Below are positions 8,858 through 16,636 of a stretch of DNA of 64,000 nucleotides, one piece after another. The DNA lies in the NCBI GenBank assembly GCA_001822075.1, contig MHPK01000006.1:58977-122976 (forward strand). Reading direction: 5' to 3'. Every line of letters begins with the position of its first letter. Positions within the stretch are counted from its first letter, which is position 1. The translations under genes and the position numbers were made by a program. The stretch comes from Candidatus Staskawiczbacteria bacterium RIFOXYB1_FULL_38_37 (GTDB lineage Bacteria > Patescibacteriota > Minisyncoccia > Minisyncoccales > Staskawiczbacteraceae). Under the pieces are notes generated by a model. That model saw nothing but the letters and a program-made list of their open reading frames with translations. It was not told the origin of the DNA and made no database searches.

Positions 8858-9751
8858 TTACAACGCAACGTTAATTGCGTCGCGCAATTCTTCGGCTTTT
8901 TTAGCCGCATCTGTCGCATAATATTCTCCCGAACCGGCAAAAATAATCTCAGACGACGAATTTATGGCGATTGAACCCGAACCGGCATATGCTGCTTTAA
9001 CGGTTTCTTTAATAAATCCTCCCTGTGTGCCAATGCCGGGAATCAAAAACCAAAGCCGGTTGCCTACAAGCTGTCTGCAGATTGTCAGATGTTCAGAATA
9101 AATATTTCCGGAGTCTTTGGGACTTTCATAGGCAGCTGCCATCACAAGCCCGGCATTTTCAACAACCTCAAGTTCACATGCCCACTGTAAAGTTCTTCTG
9201 GCAATAAATTGCCAATAAGGCATTTGAACCCCAACATATTCCACCAACACATCCTGTACTTCCCTGGCTGAAGGATTGCTTGTGTAGCAAAGCCCAACAA
9301 GCGCCCGACCCAAATGCTCTTTATCAACCAATCCTGCCATACAGGATTTTCCCATATATGGCGAAAAATTCACTCCGTCAGCACCGTTAAGGTCAAAATG
9401 CGCGATTCTGTATCTTTCCTGTGTGCGGTCAATATCCCCGCGTTTGCAGTCAAGAAAAACAGGGATGTCTGGAAACATTTGATGAATACGTCCTATTAAT
9501 CTTCTCAACGCCTCAACGCCGCCCGGAATTGCTTCCCAGTGAGCGCTTTGGGGTTTAAACATTGAAGCAAATGGCGCTGTCGCAACTGCGATATTCCCCA
9601 TCCATATTTCAATGTCTCTGGCCAAAGAATTTTTTTGGTTTTTCAGGTATTCCGGCAATTTTTCCGGAAGCGGGTCTAAACCAACGCAAACCAAAGAGCC
9701 AACTTTTTTCTGCCTTTCAGCAAGCATTTTTTTGAAATTCCTCTCAACCAT
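8858..9751 (-). CDS. pyrF: orotidine 5'-phosphate decarboxylase (long, type 2)
   Basis: VCVGLDP, LDCKRGDI and IPGIGTQGG motifs. Start trimmed to MVERNF. GC-elevated. Confidence 0.75.
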   Translation of the reverse strand: MVERNFKKMLAERQKKVGSLVCVGLDPLPEKLPEYLKNQKNSLARDIEIWMGNIAVATAPFASMFKPQSAHWEAIPGGVEALRRLIGRIHQMFPDIPVFLDCKRGDIDRTQERYRIAHFDLNGADGVNFSPYMGKSCMAGLVDKEHLGRALVGLCYTSNPSAREVQDVLVEYVGVQMPYWQFIARRTLQWACELEVVENAGLVMAAAYESPKDSGNIYSEHLTICRQLVGNRLWFLIPGIGTQGGFIKETVKAAYAGSGSIAINSSSEIIFAGSGEYYATDAAKKAEELRDAINVAL

Positions 9752-9890
9752 CTTACACCTCCAATAAGTTATCAAAGAACATCTAACGTCTCCTGCCAAC
9801 GGCCGGAAAAGACGTAGTTATATTCTACATCTTTTTATTCTCGTGTCAACGCGTTGCGCTTTTATTCCAATAACTCAACAGCCTGTTGAG

Positions 9891-10112
9891 TTATTCAACA
9901 ATCTCAATTATTTTGTTCCTTGATGTATGCCCTGAAACTATTTTAATGCAAGATGAACCTGTTTTAAAATAAACAGCTAAAGCATTCTTAATGGCGTTAT
10001 TGGCTTTTCCCCGCGCCGGCGGTTCTTTAACAAAAACAATATAATTTTGTTTGTCAATTTTTTCCACTTTTTCCTGTTTTGAATTCGGCTTTGCTTTTAT
10101 AAAAATCTTCAT
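9891..10112 (-). CDS. DUF167/YggU-family small protein
   Basis: 73 aa. The G..NNAIKNALAVYF....IKIVSGHTSRNKIIEI pattern is typical of UPF0235. Confidence 0.45.
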   Translation of the reverse strand: MKIFIKAKPNSKQEKVEKIDKQNYIVFVKEPPARGKANNAIKNALAVYFKTGSSCIKIVSGHTSRNKIIEIVE

Positions 10113-10120
10113 TAAAATTT

Positions 10121-11419
10121 TTAAATTTCAACTTTTTCTCCTTCTCCTATTAAAACCGTCTGCCTGCCTTGCACTAAAATTGCCTGCTGGTCAGTTAAAA
10201 TTTTTAATTTTCTTCTCTGCCATTTCCACGGCAATTTTTTCTTTATTATTTCTACGTGCTCTGGCTGATAATGCACAAAAATATCAAATGGCGCAAGATT
10301 TAATCCCTTTAAATTTTTAAGCTTTACCAAATTTTTATCGCCAGATTTCCAGCTTGCAGTTTTAATTGTTTTTCCCGCCGCAATGCTTCCGGCTGAAGCG
10401 CCAATATAAACCTTTCCTTGCTTTAAAAAATTATTTATAACTTTTTTAAAATTGCATTTTCTCATTGCTTTTAGCAAATAAAAAGTATTGCCGCCGGCAA
10501 CAAAAATAATGTCTTTTAGCTTAAATATCTCCGCCAGCTCTTTTTCATTTTTATCTTCAATGTCAACTTCCTGCACATTAAAACCCATTTCTTTCATTGC
10601 CTCAAAATCTTTGCTTAAATAAGAAGTATCCTCTTCGGGCTTGGCGGCAGTTGTGATAAAAGCCACTGTTATATCGTAAGCCGGCTTTTGCAACAGCTTT
10701 GCTATTTCCCCTCTCATTTCCATGCCTGCTGAAGTTAAAAGCAAAGTTTTAGCTTTATTGCGTTTTATTGCATTGCTTATTGAAGAAAAAACAGAACCTA
10801 TAATTATAAAAAATATTATCAAAACTGCAACTCCAACTATGCCGCCTATTGCAAGCGGAGTAAAGAAAAACTGCCAGACAGACGTTTCAAAAAAATTAAT
10901 TTTTAATAAAGGAATCTGCCAGAAAAGATTAAGCAAAGAAACCGCGCTAAACGATTCTTTTTCTCCTACAGCCAAAACATACCTGCCTGTGTTGTCTTGA
11001 GAAAAAACTTCTATTTTATATTTTCCAGCAAGAACGCGCTGTTTAAACTCGGGCCCTTTTAAATAATAATCTCGGCCGAACTGCTCGTAAAATTCCTGCC
11101 ATTCAAAAAACTCGCCGTTAAGAAAAGCAATTTCCTGTTCCTGCCCGTTTTTTATTAAAAAAACTTTGGCAGAATATTTAACGTCGGGGTTTGCTATTTC
11201 TGGCGCTAAAATATTAACATGCAAATCAAATTCCGCTTCAGAATAAATAAAATACCGCCTTGCCTCGCCCTTCAGCTCATCATAAAACGCCCGAGAAATT
11301 TCAGGCTTATTAATTTGTATCTCGCCTTGCTTTTGGTAAATAATCTCTGGCTGATGGGCTAAAACAGCTGTTCCTAAAGCCAAAAACGAAAAAATTGTTA
11401 AAAATAAAGTTGGTTTCAT
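10121..11419 (-). CDS. fusion protein: signal peptide + extracytoplasmic domain + TM helix + C-terminal S51 peptidase (dipeptidase E/cyanophycinase-like)
   Basis: C-terminal LLTSAGME...FVAGGNTFYLL...GASAGSIAAG (S51 catalytic Ser motif). N-terminal MKPTLFLTIFSFLALGTAVLA signal peptide. Start chosen at the ATGA overlap with the upstream stop. Confidence 0.6.
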   Translation of the reverse strand: MKPTLFLTIFSFLALGTAVLAHQPEIIYQKQGEIQINKPEISRAFYDELKGEARRYFIYSEAEFDLHVNILAPEIANPDVKYSAKVFLIKNGQEQEIAFLNGEFFEWQEFYEQFGRDYYLKGPEFKQRVLAGKYKIEVFSQDNTGRYVLAVGEKESFSAVSLLNLFWQIPLLKINFFETSVWQFFFTPLAIGGIVGVAVLIIFFIIIGSVFSSISNAIKRNKAKTLLLTSAGMEMRGEIAKLLQKPAYDITVAFITTAAKPEEDTSYLSKDFEAMKEMGFNVQEVDIEDKNEKELAEIFKLKDIIFVAGGNTFYLLKAMRKCNFKKVINNFLKQGKVYIGASAGSIAAGKTIKTASWKSGDKNLVKLKNLKGLNLAPFDIFVHYQPEHVEIIKKKLPWKWQRRKLKILTDQQAILVQGRQTVLIGEGEKVEI

Positions 11420-12171
11420 TTTCTTTTGTGGCTGCATCCGCAAAGGTCGCAGTCCAAATTGCATTCGCAGCACCTAATGCATATTGAAGGCTGGCACAAG
11501 CACCTCTCATTCTTCTGCATGGGCCTGTGGCATTTTCTGCAAAATGGCTGGGTGTCGGTTGATTTTTTTACAGGTTGCTCTTTGTCTTCCTTAAAAGGAG
11601 CTCTTACGTTCTCATACATGCCAGCATGCCCTGGCACTATCCAGTCTGCCATTCTTAAAACAAGGTGCCTGCTGTTTTCAAGTTTCTCTGGGTCTAATGC
11701 ATAAACATCATATTTAGGGTAATTTTCTTTCCAAAATACATCTCCGCAGACAGCAACAACTCCCTCATCTGTGCTAACAAAAAGGGTTATAGAAGTATAA
11801 TCGTGGCCCGGAGTTTTCAAAATTTGTATATTGGGGGTAAAATACTCGCGCCATTCTTCACACGCGTTTTTATTCCATAATCCAAAATAATCTAATGCCT
11901 TGGCATCTTTAAACATTCCTATGTTTCTGTAATGGTCTATATGCGAATGAGTTATACACACTACGTCAACGTCCTCTAATGCCAACCTCTCTTTTTTTAA
12001 AGCATCAATTAAAATTTGCTGGCTTTCTAAAACCCCCGGGTCAACCACTATTGCCAAATCTTTGTCTCTTATTAGGCTAATTGTGGCGCAGGTTTTTTCT
12101 TCACCTCTATTTTCAGCTTTTGCATCAGCTGTTGTATAACCCTCCACTAAAATTTTAACTTCGGCTGGCAT
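11416..12171 (-). CDS. MBL-fold metallo-hydrolase with Cys-rich C-terminal tail
   Basis: VVCITHSHIDHYRNIG (HxHxDH motif). The tail is CRKCHRPMQKNERCLCQPSICIRCCECNLDCDLCGC. Confidence 0.7.
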   Translation of the reverse strand: MPAEVKILVEGYTTADAKAENRGEEKTCATISLIRDKDLAIVVDPGVLESQQILIDALKKERLALEDVDVVCITHSHIDHYRNIGMFKDAKALDYFGLWNKNACEEWREYFTPNIQILKTPGHDYTSITLFVSTDEGVVAVCGDVFWKENYPKYDVYALDPEKLENSRHLVLRMADWIVPGHAGMYENVRAPFKEDKEQPVKKSTDTQPFCRKCHRPMQKNERCLCQPSICIRCCECNLDCDLCGCSHKRK

Positions 12172-12176
12172 GTTAT

Positions 12177-12560
12177 TTAGCTTATTGTAATATTTTTATT
12201 CGAAAATATCTTAACATCCATTTTTGTTTTGTCTTCTGTTTCTCCGTCAAGTTCAATATTAAACCCTAACGTCATTAAAATAAATACCTTTCCCTTTTTA
12301 GCTTCTATGCTTATGTCAGCCAGCGACACTTCAGCTAAAGCCCCCGACAAAGAACTATGCCTTTTTTCAAGCTCTTCTTGCAGGCAGGTAAAAAAATACT
12401 TTTCTGAAAATTTTTGCAGGCCTTTTAATAATTTTTTAAAAAAAGCTTCACTAACGCCCGACTTTTTAGCGAGTTTCTCAAAATTCCTGCAGTTTATAAT
12501 ATTCCTTTCTATATATATTAGGGCGTCTTCGAGGTATCCATATTTATCTATTATCTCCAT
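12177..12560 (-). CDS. hypothetical protein
   Basis: 127-aa ORF with no recognisable motif. Its position is consistent with the operon. Confidence 0.3.
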   Translation of the reverse strand: MEIIDKYGYLEDALIYIERNIINCRNFEKLAKKSGVSEAFFKKLLKGLQKFSEKYFFTCLQEELEKRHSSLSGALAEVSLADISIEAKKGKVFILMTLGFNIELDGETEDKTKMDVKIFSNKNITIS

Positions 12561-12574
12561 TATCTTATATTAAC

Positions 12575-12601
12575 AAAAAATCGCCGAAATGGCGATTTTT
12601 T
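12575..12601. terminator. bidirectional intrinsic terminator hairpin
   Basis: aaaaaatcgccgaaatggcgatttttt: GC stem flanked by A/T runs on both strands. Confidence 0.6.
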
Positions 12602-12749
12602 AATTATCTTTTTTCGACTTGTTTTTATTTCTAACGTTTACGCGCTCTAACCTTGCGGCATTGCCCCAAAACCTATTAACCGACTTATCGGCAAATAGTT
12701 TGTGCCTAAGTTTCCCTTTTTGAATGTTTCTTGCAATTTTCCTTTCCAT
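12600..12749 (-). CDS. small basic ORF (49 aa), possible small protein
   Basis: MERKIARNIQKGKLRHKLFADKSVNRFWGNAARLERVNVRNKNKSKKDN, below the track's 60-aa cutoff. Family A repeat lies upstream and a terminator lies right after its stop. No family recognised. Confidence 0.25.
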   Translation of the reverse strand: MERKIARNIQKGKLRHKLFADKSVNRFWGNAARLERVNVRNKNKSKKDN

Positions 12750-12755
12750 ATAGGT

Positions 12756-12855
12756 GCGATTCTAATATACTAATTCATGCTAATTATACTAATGTGTGAT
12801 GCGAATTTTATTTATTCGCATCATTAGTATGCATTCGCATATTGGCATCGCATTA
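12756..12855. repeat. repeat family A copy 2
   Basis: About 95% identical to 6094-6192. Confidence 0.85.
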
Positions 12856-13233
12856 ATTACAGTCTTGAGGGCAGCTTTCAGAAGTTTCAGGGCAAACGCA
12901 AGCTAAATTATTTTTAACTTTGCCGCAATCAGGATCTGTTTCCAAACAAATCCCATCTCCGCACTCATCTAAACATACAGAAAACCCCTGGCTGTCTAAA
13001 TAATTTATTTCGCCTTCAGCCTGCACTTCAACCTGAGGACTTGAATCCGTAATATTTTGGTCGTCAGTGTTCTGCTGATCTGTCTGAATTTCTGTGTTAG
13101 CGCCGCCAGTGGTGTTTTGCACTTCGATTCCTATAGTACCGATATATTTATAAAACAAAAATATGCCCAGTAAAATTACTATGAGAATTATAATGGAAGT
13201 TATTAAAATCTTCTTGTCCATTTTTGCAAACAT
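12853..13233 (-). CDS. small membrane-anchored Cys-rich protein
   Basis: N-terminal TM helix, then a Q/T/D-rich linker and a C-terminal CxxxC-rich module. Confidence 0.35.
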   Translation of the reverse strand: MFAKMDKKILITSIIILIVILLGIFLFYKYIGTIGIEVQNTTGGANTEIQTDQQNTDDQNITDSSPQVEVQAEGEINYLDSQGFSVCLDECGDGICLETDPDCGKVKNNLACVCPETSESCPQDCN

Positions 13234-13265
13234 AATTTTATTGTTTAATTCTACCTTCTTTCAAA

Positions 13266-14324
13266 TTACTGCGTCAAGGTTACTATTTTTTCCCATGGCA
13301 GATTGTCTTTGCCAAAATGCCCATAAGCTGATGTCTGGCTATAAATTGGCTGGCGCAGATTTAATCTTTCTATTATGGCTTTTGGAGTAAAATCAAAATT
13401 CTTTTTTACAATATCAACTAAACTTTCTCCTTTCTCATTTATGGCTTCCACCATTAAGGGTTCTGCTTTTCCAATTGCGTAAGCCACAGAAACAAGGCAT
13501 TTTTCAGCCAGCCCGGCAGCTACCAAATTTTTTGCGGCAAACCTGCACATATAAGCAGCTGACCTGTCTACTTTGCTGGGGTCTTTGCCAGAAAAGCATC
13601 CTCCTCCGTGCGTAATCAGCCCGCCATAAGTGTCAACCATAATTTTTCTGCCAGTAAGCCCTGCGTCTGCCTCAAACCCGCCTTGCACAAACCTGCCTGT
13701 AGGGTTTACTAAAATTTCAATTCCAGAAATATCCCCCATTGCAGGCTTTATTAATTTTTCTATAAGCTCTTTTTTAATTTCCTCTTGGCTCACATTTTCA
13801 TCGTGCTGGCAACTTACTAAAATAGTTTTTATTTTTCCGTTTTCAACTGTAATTTGAGTTTTGCCGTCTGGCTTCAGCCATTTTAAAATTCCTTGATTTC
13901 TCAAATCTTCCAAACCTTTTGCCAGCTTGTGAACCTTCACAACGGCCTCTGGCATAAATTTTTCTGTTTCGTTTGTGGCATATCCGTACATAATGCCCTG
14001 GTCCCCAGCTCCTCCTGTATCAACTCCCTGCGCAATGTCTGGAGATTGTTTTACAATGCCTGTTATAATTTTTAAATCCTGCTCGTATCCTATTTTTTTG
14101 TAAACTTCTTTTGCAATTTTTTCTGCGTCAAAATTTGCTTTTGTGGTTACCTCTCCCCCAATTACAAGCATGCCATGGTTTCCAAATGTTTCAATGCCGG
14201 CCCTTGCAAGAGGGTCTTGTTTTAAGCACTCGTCTAAAATTGCGTCTGAAATTTGGTCGCAAACTTTATCTGGATGTCCGGATGTTACGCTTTCTACTGT
14301 GTATGTTTTTGGCGTGAATATCAT
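13266..14324 (-). CDS. metK: S-adenosylmethionine synthetase
   Basis: GHPDKVCDQISDAILD signature near the N-terminus. GAGDQG motif present. Confidence 0.9.
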   Translation of the reverse strand: MIFTPKTYTVESVTSGHPDKVCDQISDAILDECLKQDPLARAGIETFGNHGMLVIGGEVTTKANFDAEKIAKEVYKKIGYEQDLKIITGIVKQSPDIAQGVDTGGAGDQGIMYGYATNETEKFMPEAVVKVHKLAKGLEDLRNQGILKWLKPDGKTQITVENGKIKTILVSCQHDENVSQEEIKKELIEKLIKPAMGDISGIEILVNPTGRFVQGGFEADAGLTGRKIMVDTYGGLITHGGGCFSGKDPSKVDRSAAYMCRFAAKNLVAAGLAEKCLVSVAYAIGKAEPLMVEAINEKGESLVDIVKKNFDFTPKAIIERLNLRQPIYSQTSAYGHFGKDNLPWEKIVTLTQ

Positions 14325-14343
14325 AGTTTTATATTTAATTGTG

Positions 14344-14415
14344 TGGGCGCGGAAGGAATCGGACCTTCGACCTCTGTCTTATCAGGACAGCGTTCTGCCA
14401 CTGAACTACGCGCCC
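14344..14415 (-). tRNA. tRNA-Ile (anticodon GAT), CCA not encoded
   Basis: Manual cloverleaf: acceptor GGGCGCG/CGCGCCC, D-arm GTTC-AGTGGCA-GAAC, anticodon stem CTGTC/GACAG with loop CTGATAA, T-stem GAAGG/CCTTC. Confidence 0.7.
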
Positions 14416-14469
14416 CGTATTAATTAACATTTTAACAAATATTTTTACTTATTGCAATAAGATTTTAGC

Positions 14470-14497
14470 AAAAAAAAGGGTCACCAGATGATGACCC
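14470..14497 (-). terminator. intrinsic terminator at the 3' end of the candidate ncRNA
   Basis: Minus strand reads gggtcatcatctggtgaccc followed by tttttttt. Confidence 0.65.
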
Positions 14498-14964
14498 TCG
14501 CGAAATGGCAGGCGCAATTTTGCTTCTGCCAAATTGCCTAGATTGTGTGCCTGCGAGTGCGCAGGCGACGTCTTATGTTGTGCCTGCGCATACGCAGGCG
14601 AGAAAAATTGTTAAAGAACGGTACGCAGGACAGTTGGCAGAGGAGATTGGAGCTGAGGATGAAAGACGTCGGGCGTCGCATCGGGGAATGCTTTTGCCGA
14701 GGACGGCCGAATCGCCTATCAAAGCCATTCAACGTGCTCTTCTCTCACAAAGCATTCTTTCTGGCCGGCGCGGCGCAAAAGAAATGCCTTGCACTGCTTT
14801 GACTACTACGATGCGAATTGCAGCGGATTAACACCGCGCATATCTCGGGATTCGAACCCGGAAGAATATCGCAGTACTCTGCCAACTGTCCGCAAAAATG
14901 AAAGCTTTTTAAAGTTTGCATTTTTGCGGACAATTAACTCTTTAAAAGTGCTATTCCTTATCTC
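14470..14964 (-). ncRNA. candidate ~500-nt GC-rich structured RNA of unknown class (promoter-to-terminator unit with no credible ORF)
   Basis: Near-consensus sigma70 promoter upstream, intrinsic terminator at the 3' end, and GC ~50% against ~35% background. A 15-bp long-range complement (14877-14891 vs 14628-14642) encloses ~260 nt. Contains a GGGTTCGAATCCCG T-arm-like hairpin, twin related hairpins at 14549-14599 and a 14-bp perfect inverted repeat at 14887-14932. Confidence 0.4.
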
Positions 14965-14970
14965 AATTTA

Positions 14971-14999
14971 ATCATACTAAAGCCACAAATCCTTGTCAA
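14971..14999 (-). promoter_or_regulatory. near-consensus sigma70 promoter (TTGACA-17 nt-TATGAT) driving the candidate ncRNA
   Basis: Minus strand: TTGACAaggatttgtggctttagTATGAT. The -35 box is at 14999-14994 and the -10 box at 14976-14971. Confidence 0.55.
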
Positions 15000-15015
15000 C
15001 CCCAAAAACTAAAAT

Positions 15016-15783
15016 TTATTGTAAATTCGTATTTTTGTCTTTGTTATAACCCTCAAATGCCCTTAAAACTTCCAGGGGCACCGCAAACACTATTGTGTTT
15101 GACTGGTCAGAACTGATGTCGTTTATTGACTGCAATGTCCTCAAATGCAAAGCTCCTTTTGCTCCGGCTAAAGTTTCAGCCGCTTTTGCCATATTATTAG
15201 CTGCCATGACTTCTCCTTCAGCTTTAATAATGATAGCCCGTTTTTCTCTTTCAGCCTCTGCCTGCTTGCCTATTACTCTTTTCATTTCTTCTGGCAAAGC
15301 AATATCTTTTAATTCAACATTGCTTACTTTAATGCCCCAGGGGTCTGTGGCAATGTCTATTATGTTTCTTATATTTTCTGAAACCCTGTCTCTTGCAGAA
15401 AGCAATTCGTCTAAATCAACCTGGCCAACAACATTTCGCATTGTTGTTTGCGCTAATTGTGAAATCGCATAAAAATAATTTTCAACTTCCAAAATAGCTT
15501 TGTCGGCATTGGCAACTTTATAATATATTACAGCATTTACTCCCACAGAAATATTATCTTTTGTAATTGCTTCCTGATTGGGAACGTCAACTGCTTTAAC
15601 TCTTAAATCCACTTTCTGGTAAGACTGCACAATCGGAAAAACCAGCCTCCATCCCGGATTCATCAGCCCGGTATATTTTCCTAAAGTAAACCTAATTCCC
15701 TTTTCATATTGGTTTATCTGCTTTATAGAAGCTAAAATAATTAAAATTACTATTGTTGAAATTATGTATGTTGAACCTGCCAT
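15016..15783 (-). CDS. SPFH/band-7 (stomatin/prohibitin/HflC-like) membrane protein
   Basis: N-terminal TM helix and an SPFH domain with a C-terminal coiled-coil region rich in AEAEREK. Confidence 0.8.
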   Translation of the reverse strand: MAGSTYIISTIVILIILASIKQINQYEKGIRFTLGKYTGLMNPGWRLVFPIVQSYQKVDLRVKAVDVPNQEAITKDNISVGVNAVIYYKVANADKAILEVENYFYAISQLAQTTMRNVVGQVDLDELLSARDRVSENIRNIIDIATDPWGIKVSNVELKDIALPEEMKRVIGKQAEAEREKRAIIIKAEGEVMAANNMAKAAETLAGAKGALHLRTLQSINDISSDQSNTIVFAVPLEVLRAFEGYNKDKNTNLQ

Positions 15784-15805
15784 GTTTTTAAAATATTAAT
15801 AATAA

Positions 15806-16069
15806 TTATTTTGAATTATATTGTTTGCTAATTATTTTTCCTGTTTGTTTATCAATATATATTAATGCATTGCCTCCCCTAAAAGATTTATTTGTCAAAA
15901 CAAACCATTTGCTTTTATCTTCTGTTTCGGTTATTGAAACATTGCTAAAATCCCAGTCAGAATCTTTGCATTCCTTTTCTGCAATTTCCAATGCTTTTTT
16001 TGATGATATATCTTGCATAATTGATAAAGATAAAATAATTGCTAACAGAAACAAAACTATTTTTTGCAT
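15806..16069 (-). CDS. small secreted hypothetical protein
   Basis: 87 aa with an N-terminal signal-peptide-like hydrophobic segment. Confidence 0.3.
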   Translation of the reverse strand: MQKIVLFLLAIILSLSIMQDISSKKALEIAEKECKDSDWDFSNVSITETEDKSKWFVLTNKSFRGGNALIYIDKQTGKIISKQYNSK

Positions 16070-16151
16070 ATATAAAATATTAAATAACTATAACAAGAAA
16101 TGCCCAAAAGCGCAACAAACGTTAATTTCCTCTAATATTTCCATAGCGTTA

Positions 16152-16175
16152 GGTAACGTTACTAGTAACGTTACC
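16152..16175. promoter_or_regulatory. 24-bp perfect palindrome GGTAACGTTACTAGTAACGTTACC (candidate operator) upstream of 15806..16069
   Basis: Exact self-complementarity read directly. A third GTTACGTTAC half-site follows. Related GTAACGTTAC/GTTACGTAAC palindromes occur at 50088-50110. Confidence 0.5.
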
Positions 16176-16196
16176 TGTTACGTTACTTGGCAAAAT

Positions 16197-16222
16197 GGGA
16201 TCCCGCTCTGGCGGGGCCATTA
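16197..16222. repeat. direct repeat DR1 (gggatcccgctctggcggggccatta) flanking the tRNA-Gln + GIY-YIG unit
   Basis: Matches 16594-16619 at 25 of 26 positions. Contains the hairpin ccccgc-tctg-gcgggg. Confidence 0.8.
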
Positions 16223-16236
16223 TCTTGTTTCCACGG

Positions 16237-16307
16237 CTGCCGGGCTTGGATTCGAACCAAGATGAAATGCTTCAGAGGCATCTATCCTACCATTAGATGA
16301 CCCGGCA
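16237..16307 (-). tRNA. tRNA-Gln (anticodon CTG), CCA not encoded
   Basis: Manual cloverleaf: U1-A72 and G73 (Gln identity), acceptor TGCCGGG/CCCGGCA, anticodon stem GATGC/GCATT with loop CTCTGAA, T-arm CTTGG-TTCGAAT-CCAAG. The acceptor complementarity extends to 11 bp. Confidence 0.7.
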
Positions 16308-16329
16308 GCCCTAGAAACAAAATTATTGA

Positions 16330-16572
16330 TTACTGATTTATAATTCTATGAAACTCGTTACCTCCTTTCAATTTTTTAAGATAATTTTCCCTTTTTCTGG
16401 CTTCTGCTCTAGTGTCGAATGACTCTGTTTTGACAATCACGAAAGGAACTCTCAACCTTGTTGATTTTACCAGACCGCGGTTATGCATATCAAGTCTCTT
16501 ATTTATGTTTTCTGCTTGACCGATATAATATCCATTGTCTTTTATGCTTTTTAAAATATATACGAAAAACAT
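16330..16572 (-). CDS. GIY-YIG domain nuclease-family protein (80 aa)
   Basis: FFVYILKS...GYYIGQAENINKRLDMHN matches the GIY-YIG core (GIY, YIG, R, H/N). Confidence 0.7.
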   Translation of the reverse strand: MFFVYILKSIKDNGYYIGQAENINKRLDMHNRGLVKSTRLRVPFVIVKTESFDTRAEARKRENYLKKLKGGNEFHRIINQ

Positions 16573-16593
16573 AGTGTCCTATCCCGCCACAGC

Positions 16594-16619
16594 GGGACCC
16601 CGCTCTGGCGGGGCCATTA
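16594..16619. repeat. direct repeat DR2 (gggaccccgctctggcggggccatta)
   Basis: Partner of 16197-16222. Preceded by a second hairpin, tcccgc-caca-gcggga. Confidence 0.8.
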
Positions 16620-16636
16620 GACGATCCCGCAATATT

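Noticed and set aside
8858-9799. Track ORF start for pyrF at 9799 and for the S51 fusion at 11473
   Set aside because: Both are upstream in-frame extensions lacking homology. Internal starts (9751 MVERNF; 11419 MKPTLF with ATGA overlap to the upstream stop) fit family alignments and signal-peptide position.
12600-12749. Identification of the 49-aa basic ORF as a specific ribosomal protein (L28/L33/L34/L35/S21 considered)
   Set aside because: Sequence does not match any of those consensus patterns. Kept only as a low-confidence small ORF.
14505-14933. Track ORFs 14505..14831(+), 14545..14802(+), 14538..14732(-), 14745..14933(-), 14789..14971(+) in the GC-rich block
   Set aside because: Mutually overlapping on both strands with Arg/Ala/Pro-rich low-complexity translations typical of GC-rich non-coding sequence. 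No start/SD context. The region fits a promoter-to-terminator ncRNA better.
14462-14999. Assigning the candidate ncRNA to tmRNA, RNase P RNA, SRP RNA, a SAM riboswitch or a tRNA
   Set aside because: No tag-peptide ORF ending in AA-stop and no acceptor/CCA end. No RNase P P4 consensus. No SRP domain IV motif. A tRNA lies between it and metK, and no SAM-I consensus is present. The GGGTTCGAATCCC hairpin does not complete a cloverleaf. Left unassigned.
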